In this document: positions 29,569 to 38,432 of the stretch, in pieces
How positions within the stretch are numbered: position 1 is the first letter of the stretch
Layout of the letters: each line of letters starts with the position of its first letter
Origin: Ignavibacteriae bacterium HGW-Ignavibacteriae-1
GTDB taxonomy: Bacteria; Bacteroidota; Ignavibacteria; Kapaibacteriales; UBA2268
Reading direction: 5' to 3'
Length of the DNA: 64,000 nucleotides
NCBI GenBank assembly: GCA_002839825.1
Contig: PGYU01000007.1
Coordinates: 27,165-91,164 of the forward strand
Program-made: the position numbers and the translations under genes
Notes under the pieces: model-generated
Databases searched by the model: none
What the model was told of the DNA's origin: nothing
Seen by the model: only the letters and a program-made list of their open reading frames with translations

Positions 29569-32500
29569 ATGAAACAATGTACTTTCCTTGCAGCAATACT
29601 TTTTTGTATTACGAGCTCTTTATATTCTCAAATTCCCCAAACCATTAGCTGGCAGGGAATTTTGCAGGATGCTGATTCAAAAAATCTTTCAGGCACCTTT
29701 AGCCTGACTGTCAAGTTATACGATGTCGCTTCAGGCGGCACCGCTATTTGGAACGAAACACACAGCAGCGTAGTTATCGCTGACGGACTTGTCAATCTTA
29801 CTCTTGGAAGCGTTACACCTTTTAGTATTAATTTCGGCGATGAATACTGGCTCGAAATCACCGTAGGAACCGGCACTCCGCTTCCAAGGATTAAACTCAG
29901 TTCTGTGCCGTATGCAATGCATTCAAAGACGGCTGAATCTGCAAATGAAACTGACCCGACATGGAGTGGAAATGCCAATACAACGGGTACTATAAGTAGA
30001 AGCGGTAAAGTTGGTATTGGAACATCATCCCCAACGGCTTTACTGCATATTTTTGATTCAGAAACTACTGCGGGAGATGTTCTATTTGTGGGGAATATTG
30101 ATTGGACAACGCCTAGGAATCCTCCCACTTCCGGTGCAGGTACACGCATGATGTGGTATCCGGATAAAGCGGCAATTAGAGCAGGCTATATTTCGGGAAA
30201 TCACTGGGATATGAGCAATATTGGGATGTCATCAGTTGCTATGGGTTACAACACTATTGCAAGCGATCACGGAGCCACGGCTTTTGGTTCAGGAACTGAA
30301 GCTTCTGGATATGGTTCTACTGCTTTTGGAATTTTGACTACAGCACCGGGGAACGTCGCAACTGCTTTCGGAAATAATACGTCTTCAACAGGAATTGCTA
30401 CCACCGCAACGGGACACAGCACTACAGCATCGGGTGATTATTCATTTAGCATGGGATATGGAACCCAAGCCTTGGGTCAATTTTCATTATCAATGGGAAA
30501 AGAAACTTCGGCTCTATCAGGCTATGAAGTAGTTTTAGGGTCATATAATACTGAATACGTGCCCGAAAATGCATTCGGTTGGAGTGAAAATGACCGCTTA
30601 TTTGTAATAGGAAACGGCGTGGGTGATTTTGCTCCAAGCAATGCAATGACCGTGTTAAAAAACGGCAAGGTGGGAATTGGAACCGACAACCCACAATATC
30701 CGCTTCACGTGAATACTCCGGGAGTATTTACCGGAATACAGATGACCACTGATGCAGCGGGTACCACCATGAGTGATGGCTTGATTATTGGCATGCAGTA
30801 CCAGTCAAATGAACCTTCCAATCGTTATGCAACAGTACTGAACAAGGAAAATTCACCATTGCTTTTAGGAACAAATAATAATTATCAGGGCGACTTGACC
30901 ATCCTACCAGGTGGGAATATTGGGATTGGCATTAATCCGCCCACTACGCGGCTCGACATCAACGGTCAAGTTCGTATTCGTGGTGGCAGTCCGGGCGCAG
31001 GAAAAGTGTTGACAAGTAGTGCTAATGGCACTGCTACTTGGCAAACTAAAAGTTTAGAATTGCCATTTTCTTCAACAATATCAAGCAGTGGAACGCTTTT
31101 CTATATTAAGAATAATGAATATTTAGGTTCAGGAATTTATGGCTACGGTGTATTTGGTGTAACCGGCGAAGCTCATGATGGCGGTATTGGAGTAGGTGGA
31201 TACGGTGGATTAGGAGTAGAAGGTGTGTCAAAATCTGCAGGAGGGGTTGGAGTTTATGGACGAGTTCAAATTTCAGGAACAGCAATCAAGGGTAAGGTAG
31301 ATAATCCCAATGATTTTTCAGGATACTTTTTGGGTGGAAAATTTTATACTTCAAGTCAGGTTGGAATAGGCACAGAAAGTCCCTCGGCTCTTCTGCATGT
31401 TCATGGAACTGGTTATAGTGGAGGTAATGTTGTTTTTACGGGCGAATATTTAGATTCGTATATTAGCCAAGCACCCGTTGAGGGCTCGGGTACGCGCATG
31501 ATGTGGTACCCAAATAAGGGTTCATTCCGAGCGGGACGTGTAACAAGCACGCAATGGAATAAAAGTAATATGGGAGATTATTCCACAGCATTTGGATACG
31601 ACACTAAGGCATCCGGATATGGCTCTATTGCTTTAGGATACTCATCTACTGCATCTAACACTGCTGCATCGGCAATCGGATTTAATACTATTGCCTCCGG
31701 TAATGTTTCCACTGCAATTGGTTATTCCGCCACAGCTTCAGGATATGCTTCCACTGCAATTGGTTATTACGCCACAGCTTCAGGGTTTGCTTCCACTGGA
31801 ATGGGGTATAACACTACCGCGAAATCAGGATATGAAACTGTAGTCGGTAGTTGGAATACGGATTACACTCCTGTTTCAACATCAGGTTGGAATTCTAGTG
31901 ATAGACTGTTTGTAATTGGAAATGGCACTGCAAGTACATCACGTAGTAACGCCATGACAGTATTAAAGAATGGGAAAATAGGCATAGGAACAGCATCACC
32001 TAGCGAACTATTGCATATAAATAATTCTACCGGAACTGCTAAATTGCGAGTTTCATCAGCGTCCACAGCCCTATCGGAGCTTACTTTTTATAGCGGGAGC
32101 ACTTATCTTGGCGCAATAGGTAGTGACAATACAAGTAATTATTTATTTATTTATCATGGTGGAAATATTATTTTCAAAAATGGCAGAATTGGTATTCAAA
32201 CTGAAACAAATCCCACATTTGCCCTACATTTACCAAATAGTACAAGTGATGGTACCGGCAGAGGACGCGCAAATGCATGGACAACTTACAGCGATAGAAG
32301 GATTAAAACAGCCACTGAAGAAATTCAATATGGACTTAGCGAAATAATGCAACTTCAACCGGTAAAATATTTCCAACATAATTCAATATTTGACGATGGT
32401 AAATTAGTAATTTCCGATATTGGGGCAAGCGATATTGGTTTTATCGCACAAGATATTTTCAAAATAATTCCTGAAATTGTCAGCGTTCCCGATAATGAAA

Positions 32501-32637
32501 ACGCTGAACTTTGGGGGTTGAATTATGAAAAGCTCACTCCAATACTTGTAAAAGCTATTCAAGAGCAACAAATGAAAATAGACGAACTCGAGCGGAAACT
32601 CGAACTACTTTTGCAAAAATTTTCTGAAAATAAATAA
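29569..32637 (+). CDS. Tail-fibre-domain surface protein with a shared N-terminal domain, Gly/Ser/Thr-rich repeats and a C-terminal S74-type intramolecular chaperone domain (cassette 2, gene A).
   Basis: The signal peptide and N-terminal domain are paralogous to 4638-6554. Repeats include YGSTAFG and GYSATASGYASTAIGY. The C-terminus DIGFIAQDIFKIIPEIVS...LNYEKLTPILVKAIQEQQMKIDELE matches the chaperone-of-endosialidase (peptidase S74) signature. Confidence 0.75.
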   Translation: MKQCTFLAAILFCITSSLYSQIPQTISWQGILQDADSKNLSGTFSLTVKLYDVASGGTAIWNETHSSVVIADGLVNLTLGSVTPFSINFGDEYWLEITVGTGTPLPRIKLSSVPYAMHSKTAESANETDPTWSGNANTTGTISRSGKVGIGTSSPTALLHIFDSETTAGDVLFVGNIDWTTPRNPPTSGAGTRMMWYPDKAAIRAGYISGNHWDMSNIGMSSVAMGYNTIASDHGATAFGSGTEASGYGSTAFGILTTAPGNVATAFGNNTSSTGIATTATGHSTTASGDYSFSMGYGTQALGQFSLSMGKETSALSGYEVVLGSYNTEYVPENAFGWSENDRLFVIGNGVGDFAPSNAMTVLKNGKVGIGTDNPQYPLHVNTPGVFTGIQMTTDAAGTTMSDGLIIGMQYQSNEPSNRYATVLNKENSPLLLGTNNNYQGDLTILPGGNIGIGINPPTTRLDINGQVRIRGGSPGAGKVLTSSANGTATWQTKSLELPFSSTISSSGTLFYIKNNEYLGSGIYGYGVFGVTGEAHDGGIGVGGYGGLGVEGVSKSAGGVGVYGRVQISGTAIKGKVDNPNDFSGYFLGGKFYTSSQVGIGTESPSALLHVHGTGYSGGNVVFTGEYLDSYISQAPVEGSGTRMMWYPNKGSFRAGRVTSTQWNKSNMGDYSTAFGYDTKASGYGSIALGYSSTASNTAASAIGFNTIASGNVSTAIGYSATASGYASTAIGYYATASGFASTGMGYNTTAKSGYETVVGSWNTDYTPVSTSGWNSSDRLFVIGNGTASTSRSNAMTVLKNGKIGIGTASPSELLHINNSTGTAKLRVSSASTALSELTFYSGSTYLGAIGSDNTSNYLFIYHGGNIIFKNGRIGIQTETNPTFALHLPNSTSDGTGRGRANAWTTYSDRRIKTATEEIQYGLSEIMQLQPVKYFQHNSIFDDGKLVISDIGASDIGFIAQDIFKIIPEIVSVPDNENAELWGLNYEKLTPILVKAIQEQQMKIDELERKLELLLQKFSENK

Positions 32638-32650
32638 ATAGGAATTAATT

Positions 32651-33367
32651 ATGAAAATAATATTTATTGTTTTATTAATGAGCGTAATTAGTTTGCATTC
32701 ACAGACATATAAAATTAAAAATTATGTGATGGGTAGCTCTGCTGCGACTGTTTCCAATGACGATTTTAATTTTAGAAACACATTAGGACAGCCCGCAATT
32801 GGCAAAATCCAGAACGTAGATAATATTATAGGTTCGGGGTTTTGGTACACAATCGGTAAAACGGCTGATGGTATGCATATTATATATTTAAACCTCGGTT
32901 GGAATCTGATTTCCACCTATGTAGAGCCGGAAATAGCTGCACTTGAAAACATTTTTTCCGAAATTGAAGGTAGCACTGTCATCGTGAAGAATAATTCCGG
33001 GCAGATTTACTATCCCGAGTTTGATATCAATGACATTGGGAATTGGGACGTCAAGCAGGCTTATCAAGTCTATATGTCGAAGGCTGAGATGCTCACGATT
33101 CCGGGCGAGAAAGTGGTGCCTGAAACGACCGAAATAACTCTTTCGACGGGTTGGAATATGCTCGCATATCTCCGAGATAATGCATTGGATATTGAGATTG
33201 CACTTGCTTCACTCGTTGCGGATGACAAGCTCGTCATCGCAAAGGACAACATGGGCAACGTCTTCTATCCCGCTTTCGATATCAATATGATTGGCAATAT
33301 GCTCCCCGGGCAGGGCTACCAGATATATCTGATAAGCGGAGCAACGCTGACGTATCCGGAGAATTAG
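32651..33367 (+). CDS. Small secreted partner protein (cassette 2, gene B) with a shared, internally duplicated C-terminal module.
   Basis: Paralogue of 6556-7269. The C-terminal ~155 aa are ~94% identical to the C-terminus of 34761-36545. Confidence 0.6.
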   Translation: MKIIFIVLLMSVISLHSQTYKIKNYVMGSSAATVSNDDFNFRNTLGQPAIGKIQNVDNIIGSGFWYTIGKTADGMHIIYLNLGWNLISTYVEPEIAALENIFSEIEGSTVIVKNNSGQIYYPEFDINDIGNWDVKQAYQVYMSKAEMLTIPGEKVVPETTEITLSTGWNMLAYLRDNALDIEIALASLVADDKLVIAKDNMGNVFYPAFDINMIGNMLPGQGYQIYLISGATLTYPEN

Positions 33368-33698
33368 AACCCGTCAGGTGTGAGACTTAAATCGTCCCGT
33401 CAGGTGTTACACCTGACGGGAGGAATTTTATTACTACCTAATTCATACCCCGAACTCCCAGTCTTCAAGCTCAATCTAATATGCTGCTACAAAATAAAAT
33501 ATTCAGATGATTAGTTATGTATAATATTATTTTAAGTGTTAATGAGAAAATAGATTTGCATTTAATAAAATAATAGTTATATTTGCCTAAGTGTTTTGTT
33601 CATAAGTGTGAAAGTATATGTGAATTATAAATACAAGTCCGCTAAATGATTAATACACAGAGTTTTAATATATTCTTAAAAATATTGGGAGTGCTTTT

Positions 33699-34751
33699 AT
33701 GAATAGGGTTTTGATGATTTTGATAATTATTGTCATTTCGACAATTAATTTGTATTCTTACAAAGCTATTATTGTTCAGAATGGCAATGATGCAAAATTG
33801 TACCAAGTTACCGAGTTGCAAAAAGCACTTGATTCGGCAGCAGTTGGTTCGGACGTGTATCTTCCCGGCTATGATTTTTCCGGCACAACTATCACAATTA
33901 GAAAAAAGCTTAACATATACGGAACAGGTTTTTATTCATCTGCAACAAATGAAACAGGAAAGACCATTCTGGGAACCCTAACTTATAATACGGGAAGCGA
34001 CAGCACTTTATTAGAAGGCGTTTATATAGATAACGTACTCAGAATTTCATATACTGCAACTCACAAAGTTTCAAACTTGATGTTTAGAAAATGTAATATA
34101 AGGGGACTGAATTTAGCAAATGGTGATACAAGCAAATTTCACACTTTCAAAGATTGCATTTTGTATAATCCAACAATCTCCTCGAAAGCAGTAGGTATCA
34201 AAGTTTACAATTCGATAATTGACCCCAATCCAGGTGCTACAATTTATGGGCTTATTTTTGAATCATATAATACAAGTTATATTAATTGTATACTGCATTA
34301 TCCTGATGTCAATGGTTCAAAAGGTTTATTTTGGGCGTCTAATTCTGCTTTTAACCTTTTTGAGAATTGCATATTCTTGAATACTTATGAACTTAAAAGT
34401 CTGGGCTTAAATAACGGATTTGTAAATTGTTTGTCTGTCTATAATCAGACTGACTGGGGAGTTGATAATTACAATGTAGATTGCCTTATTAATCAAAACA
34501 AGGATTCGATATTTGTTGATACATTGGATATTTATAGTTTTTCTGAAGATTTCGATTATCACCTCAATAATAATTGTTTAGGAAAGGATTATGGAACTGA
34601 TGGAACAGATCTAGGGATTTATGGTGGTACTTATCCATACAAAGAATTAGGTATTCCAATTATTCCATATATTAAGAATTATAATTCAGCTAATAAAACT
34701 GTGAATGGAACGCTTGAAGTGAACGTAGAAGTTGAATCTCAAACTGAATAA
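33699..34751 (+). CDS. Hypothetical secreted protein, possibly a right-handed beta-helix fold.
   Basis: Signal peptide. Repetitive N/G/T-rich ~22-aa segments with regularly spaced hydrophobics and Cys (CNIRG, CILYN, CILHY, CIFLN). Confidence 0.4.
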   Translation: MNRVLMILIIIVISTINLYSYKAIIVQNGNDAKLYQVTELQKALDSAAVGSDVYLPGYDFSGTTITIRKKLNIYGTGFYSSATNETGKTILGTLTYNTGSDSTLLEGVYIDNVLRISYTATHKVSNLMFRKCNIRGLNLANGDTSKFHTFKDCILYNPTISSKAVGIKVYNSIIDPNPGATIYGLIFESYNTSYINCILHYPDVNGSKGLFWASNSAFNLFENCIFLNTYELKSLGLNNGFVNCLSVYNQTDWGVDNYNVDCLINQNKDSIFVDTLDIYSFSEDFDYHLNNNCLGKDYGTDGTDLGIYGGTYPYKELGIPIIPYIKNYNSANKTVNGTLEVNVEVESQTE

Positions 34752-34760
34752 GGATAAAAA

Positions 34761-36545
34761 ATGAGAAACATTTTACTTTATTCCTTTATTTTTCTTTCCG
34801 TTAATGTTGTTTTTGCAAATAAAATAACAAATTATGAATATTGGATTGATTACGCTTTTGCAAATAGAATTCAAAATGTAATTAACGATGCAGATTCAAA
34901 TCTAAATTTATCAGAAAGTATAGATTTAACATATTTAGTCCAAGGAATTCACACATTCAATATACGTTTTAAGGATAGTTTAAATAAATGGTCTGTTGCT
35001 CAAACAAGTTTTTTCTACAAGCCGGCTAATGATTCACTAATGGATAATTATAATTACCCAAATAATACTCTCACAGCTTATGAATATTGGGTTGATGATG
35101 ATTTTGTAAATAGAAAATATGGGGTGATAAACCCAAATACATCTCTTTTGAATATTGATTCTTTCTTCTTATTTGAGAATATAAATTCAGGAATTCATAA
35201 ATTCGTAATCAGATTCAAAGATAACTATGGAAAGTGGTCTGTTGCGCAAACAAGTTATTTCTACCATAGGGCAAATGATTCATTAATGGATAATTATAAT
35301 TATCCAAATAACACTCTAATCGCTTATGAATATTGGGTTGATGATAATTATATTGATAAAAAATATGAGACGTTAAATCCTAATACATCAATAATGAATC
35401 TTGATTCTAACTTTTTGTTGGAAAATTTAAATTCAGGAATCCACAAATTTGTAATCAGGTTCAAAGATAACTATGGCAAATGGTCTATTTCTCAAACCAG
35501 TTATTTTTATATTCCTGATAATTCTGAATTTACGGATGTCAGTTATACATCGAACAAAATTTACGGATATCGCTATTGGTTTGATAACAAGCCGGAAACA
35601 ATTTTTACATTGATATTAGATAATAAAGAAGAAACATTTTCCGAAATAATTAATTTGCAATGTCCCGAATTGGATACATTGGGATTGCACGTGCTACACA
35701 TGCAATATATGGATTCAGTTGGGAAATGGAGTGTAGCAGTATCGGATACTTTTATTTATGAAGGATTTGAGGTATCAAAACCAATATTAAAATCCCCGAC
35801 AGATAATGCAAATGTAAAAGCTGATACAATTTTAAAATGGAATATTATCCCATATATTAGCAAATATTATATTCAAATCTCAGATACAAATGATTTTTCT
35901 AATATTTTGGTGTATGATTCACTTACAAATGCAACACAATATGAAATAAATTTTATTGATTTAAAAACTTATTATTGGCGAGTTAAAGCAGAATATGAGG
36001 GCATTTATAGTGAATGGTCGGATGTTTGGGCATTTACAACTGTTGATGCTGCGCAAATTATTTCACTCAACCTTGGTTGGAATCTGATTTCCACCTATGT
36101 AGAGCCGGAATTTGCTGCACTCGAAAACATTTTCTCCGAAATTGAAGGAAGCACTGTCATCGTGAAGAATAATTCCGGGCAGATTTATTATCCTGAGTTT
36201 GATATTAATGATATCGGCGATTGGGACGTGAAGCAGGCTTATCAAGTTTATATGTCGAAGGCTGAAATGCTCACGATTCCGGGCGAGATGGTGGTGCCTG
36301 AAACGACCGAAATCACCCTCACAACGGGATGGAATATGCTTGCATATCTCCGCGATAATGCTATGGATATTGAGAATGCTCTTGCCACGCTCGTTGCGGA
36401 CGACAAACTCGTCATCGCAAAGGACAACATGGGCAACGTCTTCTATCCCGCATTTGAAATCAACATGATAGGCGACATGCTACCCGGGCAGGGCTATCAA
36501 ATATATCTGACAAGCGGAGCAACGCTGACCTATCCGGAGAATTAG
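34761..36545 (+). CDS. Multi-repeat secreted protein with four ~81-aa tandem repeats, an FN3-like domain and the shared C-terminal module.
   Basis: Repeats carry YEYWVDD...NSGIHKFVIRFKDNYGKWSVAQTSYFY. The FN3-like stretch reads YYWRVKAEYEGIYSEWSDVWAFTT. The C-terminal 160 aa match 32651-33367. Confidence 0.6.
   Translation: MRNILLYSFIFLSVNVVFANKITNYEYWIDYAFANRIQNVINDADSNLNLSESIDLTYLVQGIHTFNIRFKDSLNKWSVAQTSFFYKPANDSLMDNYNYPNNTLTAYEYWVDDDFVNRKYGVINPNTSLLNIDSFFLFENINSGIHKFVIRFKDNYGKWSVAQTSYFYHRANDSLMDNYNYPNNTLIAYEYWVDDNYIDKKYETLNPNTSIMNLDSNFLLENLNSGIHKFVIRFKDNYGKWSISQTSYFYIPDNSEFTDVSYTSNKIYGYRYWFDNKPETIFTLILDNKEETFSEIINLQCPELDTLGLHVLHMQYMDSVGKWSVAVSDTFIYEGFEVSKPILKSPTDNANVKADTILKWNIIPYISKYYIQISDTNDFSNILVYDSLTNATQYEINFIDLKTYYWRVKAEYEGIYSEWSDVWAFTTVDAAQIISLNLGWNLISTYVEPEFAALENIFSEIEGSTVIVKNNSGQIYYPEFDINDIGDWDVKQAYQVYMSKAEMLTIPGEMVVPETTEITLTTGWNMLAYLRDNAMDIENALATLVADDKLVIAKDNMGNVFYPAFEINMIGDMLPGQGYQIYLTSGATLTYPEN
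34830..35790. repeat. Tandem ~243-bp (81-aa) intragenic repeats, about four units. Units 2 and 3 are near-identical at the DNA level.
   Basis: For example, aatgattcactaatggataattataattacccaaataatactct (35027) against aatgattcattaatggataattataattatccaaataacactct (35270). Confidence 0.6.
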
Positions 36546-36553
36546 AATGATTC

Positions 36554-36594
36554 AAAGCTTCCGAAGGAGTAAAACCTTCGGAAGCTTTTTTTCT
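36554..36594 (+). terminator. Rho-independent terminator.
   Basis: AAAGCTTCCGAAGG-agtaaaa-CCTTCGGAAGCTTT followed by TTTTT. It lies directly after the stop at 36545. Confidence 0.75.
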
Positions 36595-36707
36595 CTTTTC
36601 CAAACAAAATTTCCACCCTATGAAAAAAGTTCTTTACAAAAATTTCTTGTTTACGTCATTACTTATGGTCATTTTTGTAAGCGTGTTGGCTGTAAATTGA
36701 GGATAAT

Positions 36708-37751
36708 ATGAAAATTTTGATAGTGGTACTTTTGTTTTTAGGGGCTTTTGATGTGTTCGCACAGAGCAGGGAGGTGAATCAACATCTGCAGATGCTGGCG
36801 AACGGCAAAACTGATGAGGTGAGGTCGGCGATTCCGGAACTTTTGGCTCGCTATCCGAATGACCCGGGCATCATGTTGCTGCATGGTAGTGTGGTCGAGG
36901 ATATGAAGCTGTCGCTGGATATTTATCGGCGTATCGTCACTGATTACGCAGGGAGCGAGTGGGCGGACGATGCTCAATGGCGCATTGTGCAGCATTATGC
37001 TATTTGGGGCGACACGAGCAAGGCTAAGTCCGAGCTCGATATTCTGCGTGCCAAGCATCCCTATTCGACATACTTAACAGTTGCTGCAGATGTAGTCAGG
37101 AGTTCAGTCGCATATGCCAAGAGCAACACGAAAGCTATAGCACGAACCGAAAATCAGCGCCCAATTATTGACGAACCCGCCAAACAAGATTTCAAGCCGC
37201 TTACAAGTGAAGCATCGCCTAACAGATTAGCTGATTCAAAACCCGCTGATAATGTTGCGATTGACAATAAATTGAAAGAAATTTCACCTGACATCAATGC
37301 AGAACCAACTCCAACGAGAACAGAACCCACTCCATCGAGAACGGAAACCGCTCCATCGAGAACGGAAACCGCTCCATCGAGAACTGAAACCACTCCCACA
37401 AGAACTGAACCCACTCAAACCAGAACTGAACCAGTTTCAGCGCAAGAAGTTAAACCGGTCACGCAAATTGACTCGCCTGAAATAAGCGATGTGACGATTG
37501 TGGAAGATGTGCCGAAAGAGATATTTTACGGCTTGCAGGTAGGGATTTATAGCGAGAAAGCTACTGCGGAATCTGAAAAGGAGAAGTTTTTGGCAAAGCG
37601 TATGCGGACAACGGTTGCGGAGAAAAATGTCGCCGGAAGACTGAGATATGCGGTTGTGATTGGGCATTATTCCTCGCTCGAAGCTGCCGAAGCTGCTAAA
37701 ATAATCGTCGGGCAACAGTGCGAATGCGAGCCTTTGATTTACGAAAAATAG
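36708..37751 (+). CDS. SPOR-domain protein with a TPR-like N-terminal region and a low-complexity TPSRTE hexapeptide tandem repeat linker.
   Basis: Signal peptide. The C-terminus FYGLQVGIYSEKATAESEKEKF...YAVVIGHYSSLEAAEAA is SPOR-like. An 18-bp DNA period runs through 37310-37430. Confidence 0.55.
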   Translation: MKILIVVLLFLGAFDVFAQSREVNQHLQMLANGKTDEVRSAIPELLARYPNDPGIMLLHGSVVEDMKLSLDIYRRIVTDYAGSEWADDAQWRIVQHYAIWGDTSKAKSELDILRAKHPYSTYLTVAADVVRSSVAYAKSNTKAIARTENQRPIIDEPAKQDFKPLTSEASPNRLADSKPADNVAIDNKLKEISPDINAEPTPTRTEPTPSRTETAPSRTETAPSRTETTPTRTEPTQTRTEPVSAQEVKPVTQIDSPEISDVTIVEDVPKEIFYGLQVGIYSEKATAESEKEKFLAKRMRTTVAEKNVAGRLRYAVVIGHYSSLEAAEAAKIIVGQQCECEPLIYEK

Positions 37752-37781
37752 TATGTTATTTTTTATATATGGGTATAAACT

Positions 37782-38363
37782 ATGAATTTTAAAAAAATGT
37801 TTTTAGTTGTATTGCTGCCAGTATTGATGGTGAGTTTTTCTTGTACGAGCGAAACAAAGGACGCGGAACAAATGGTAAGCGAGAATATCTACGGATTCAT
37901 CGTCACAGATATTGATGGGAATGAAGTCACATTGAGTGCTTATGAGGGCAAGGTTTTGCTAATTGTCAATGTAGCGTCGAAATGTGGCTATACTAAGCAA
38001 TATACAGGGCTTCAGGCGATTTACGAAAAGTACAAAGACCAAGGGTTTGTAGTTTTGGGATTCCCTTGTAATCAGTTTGGCGGTCAAGAACCCGGAACTG
38101 AGAAGGAAATAAAGGAGTTTTGCGAATCGAATTTCGATGTCACTTTCCCGATGTTTTCCAAAGTTGATGTCAATGGCGACAACACTCATCCGCTTTACAA
38201 ATATTTGAAAAGCAACGCTAAGGGCACGATGGGAACTCAGGATATTAAGTGGAATTTCGCAAAATTTTTGGTGGATAAAAAAGGCGTGGTGCAAGACCGC
38301 ATCGGCACTCAAACTACTCCCGAATCAATGACCGAACAAATCGAAAAGCTGTTAGCCGAATAA
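37782..38363 (+). CDS. gpx: Glutathione peroxidase (lipoprotein-like signal).
   Basis: Motifs VASKCGYT, LGFPCNQFGGQEPG and WNFAKFLV. Confidence 0.85.
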   Translation: MNFKKMFLVVLLPVLMVSFSCTSETKDAEQMVSENIYGFIVTDIDGNEVTLSAYEGKVLLIVNVASKCGYTKQYTGLQAIYEKYKDQGFVVLGFPCNQFGGQEPGTEKEIKEFCESNFDVTFPMFSKVDVNGDNTHPLYKYLKSNAKGTMGTQDIKWNFAKFLVDKKGVVQDRIGTQTTPESMTEQIEKLLAE

Positions 38364-38387
38364 ATTCTGAACTTTTGAGAATATTTC

Positions 38388-38424
38388 AAAGCCGCTCCAT
38401 TTTTGGGGCGGCTTTTTGTTTTAT
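38388..38424. terminator. Bidirectional intrinsic terminator between convergent genes.
   Basis: AAAGCCGCTCC-atttttg-GGGCGGCTTTTTGTTTT. Confidence 0.6.
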
Positions 38425-38432
38425 TTATACAA

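Noticed and set aside
32888-36545. Diversity-generating retroelement (TR/VR) explanation for the 480-bp duplicate.
   Set aside because: Substitutions between copies are not adenine-specific and are mostly synonymous. No reverse transcriptase or accessory gene is nearby. Both copies are coding C-termini.
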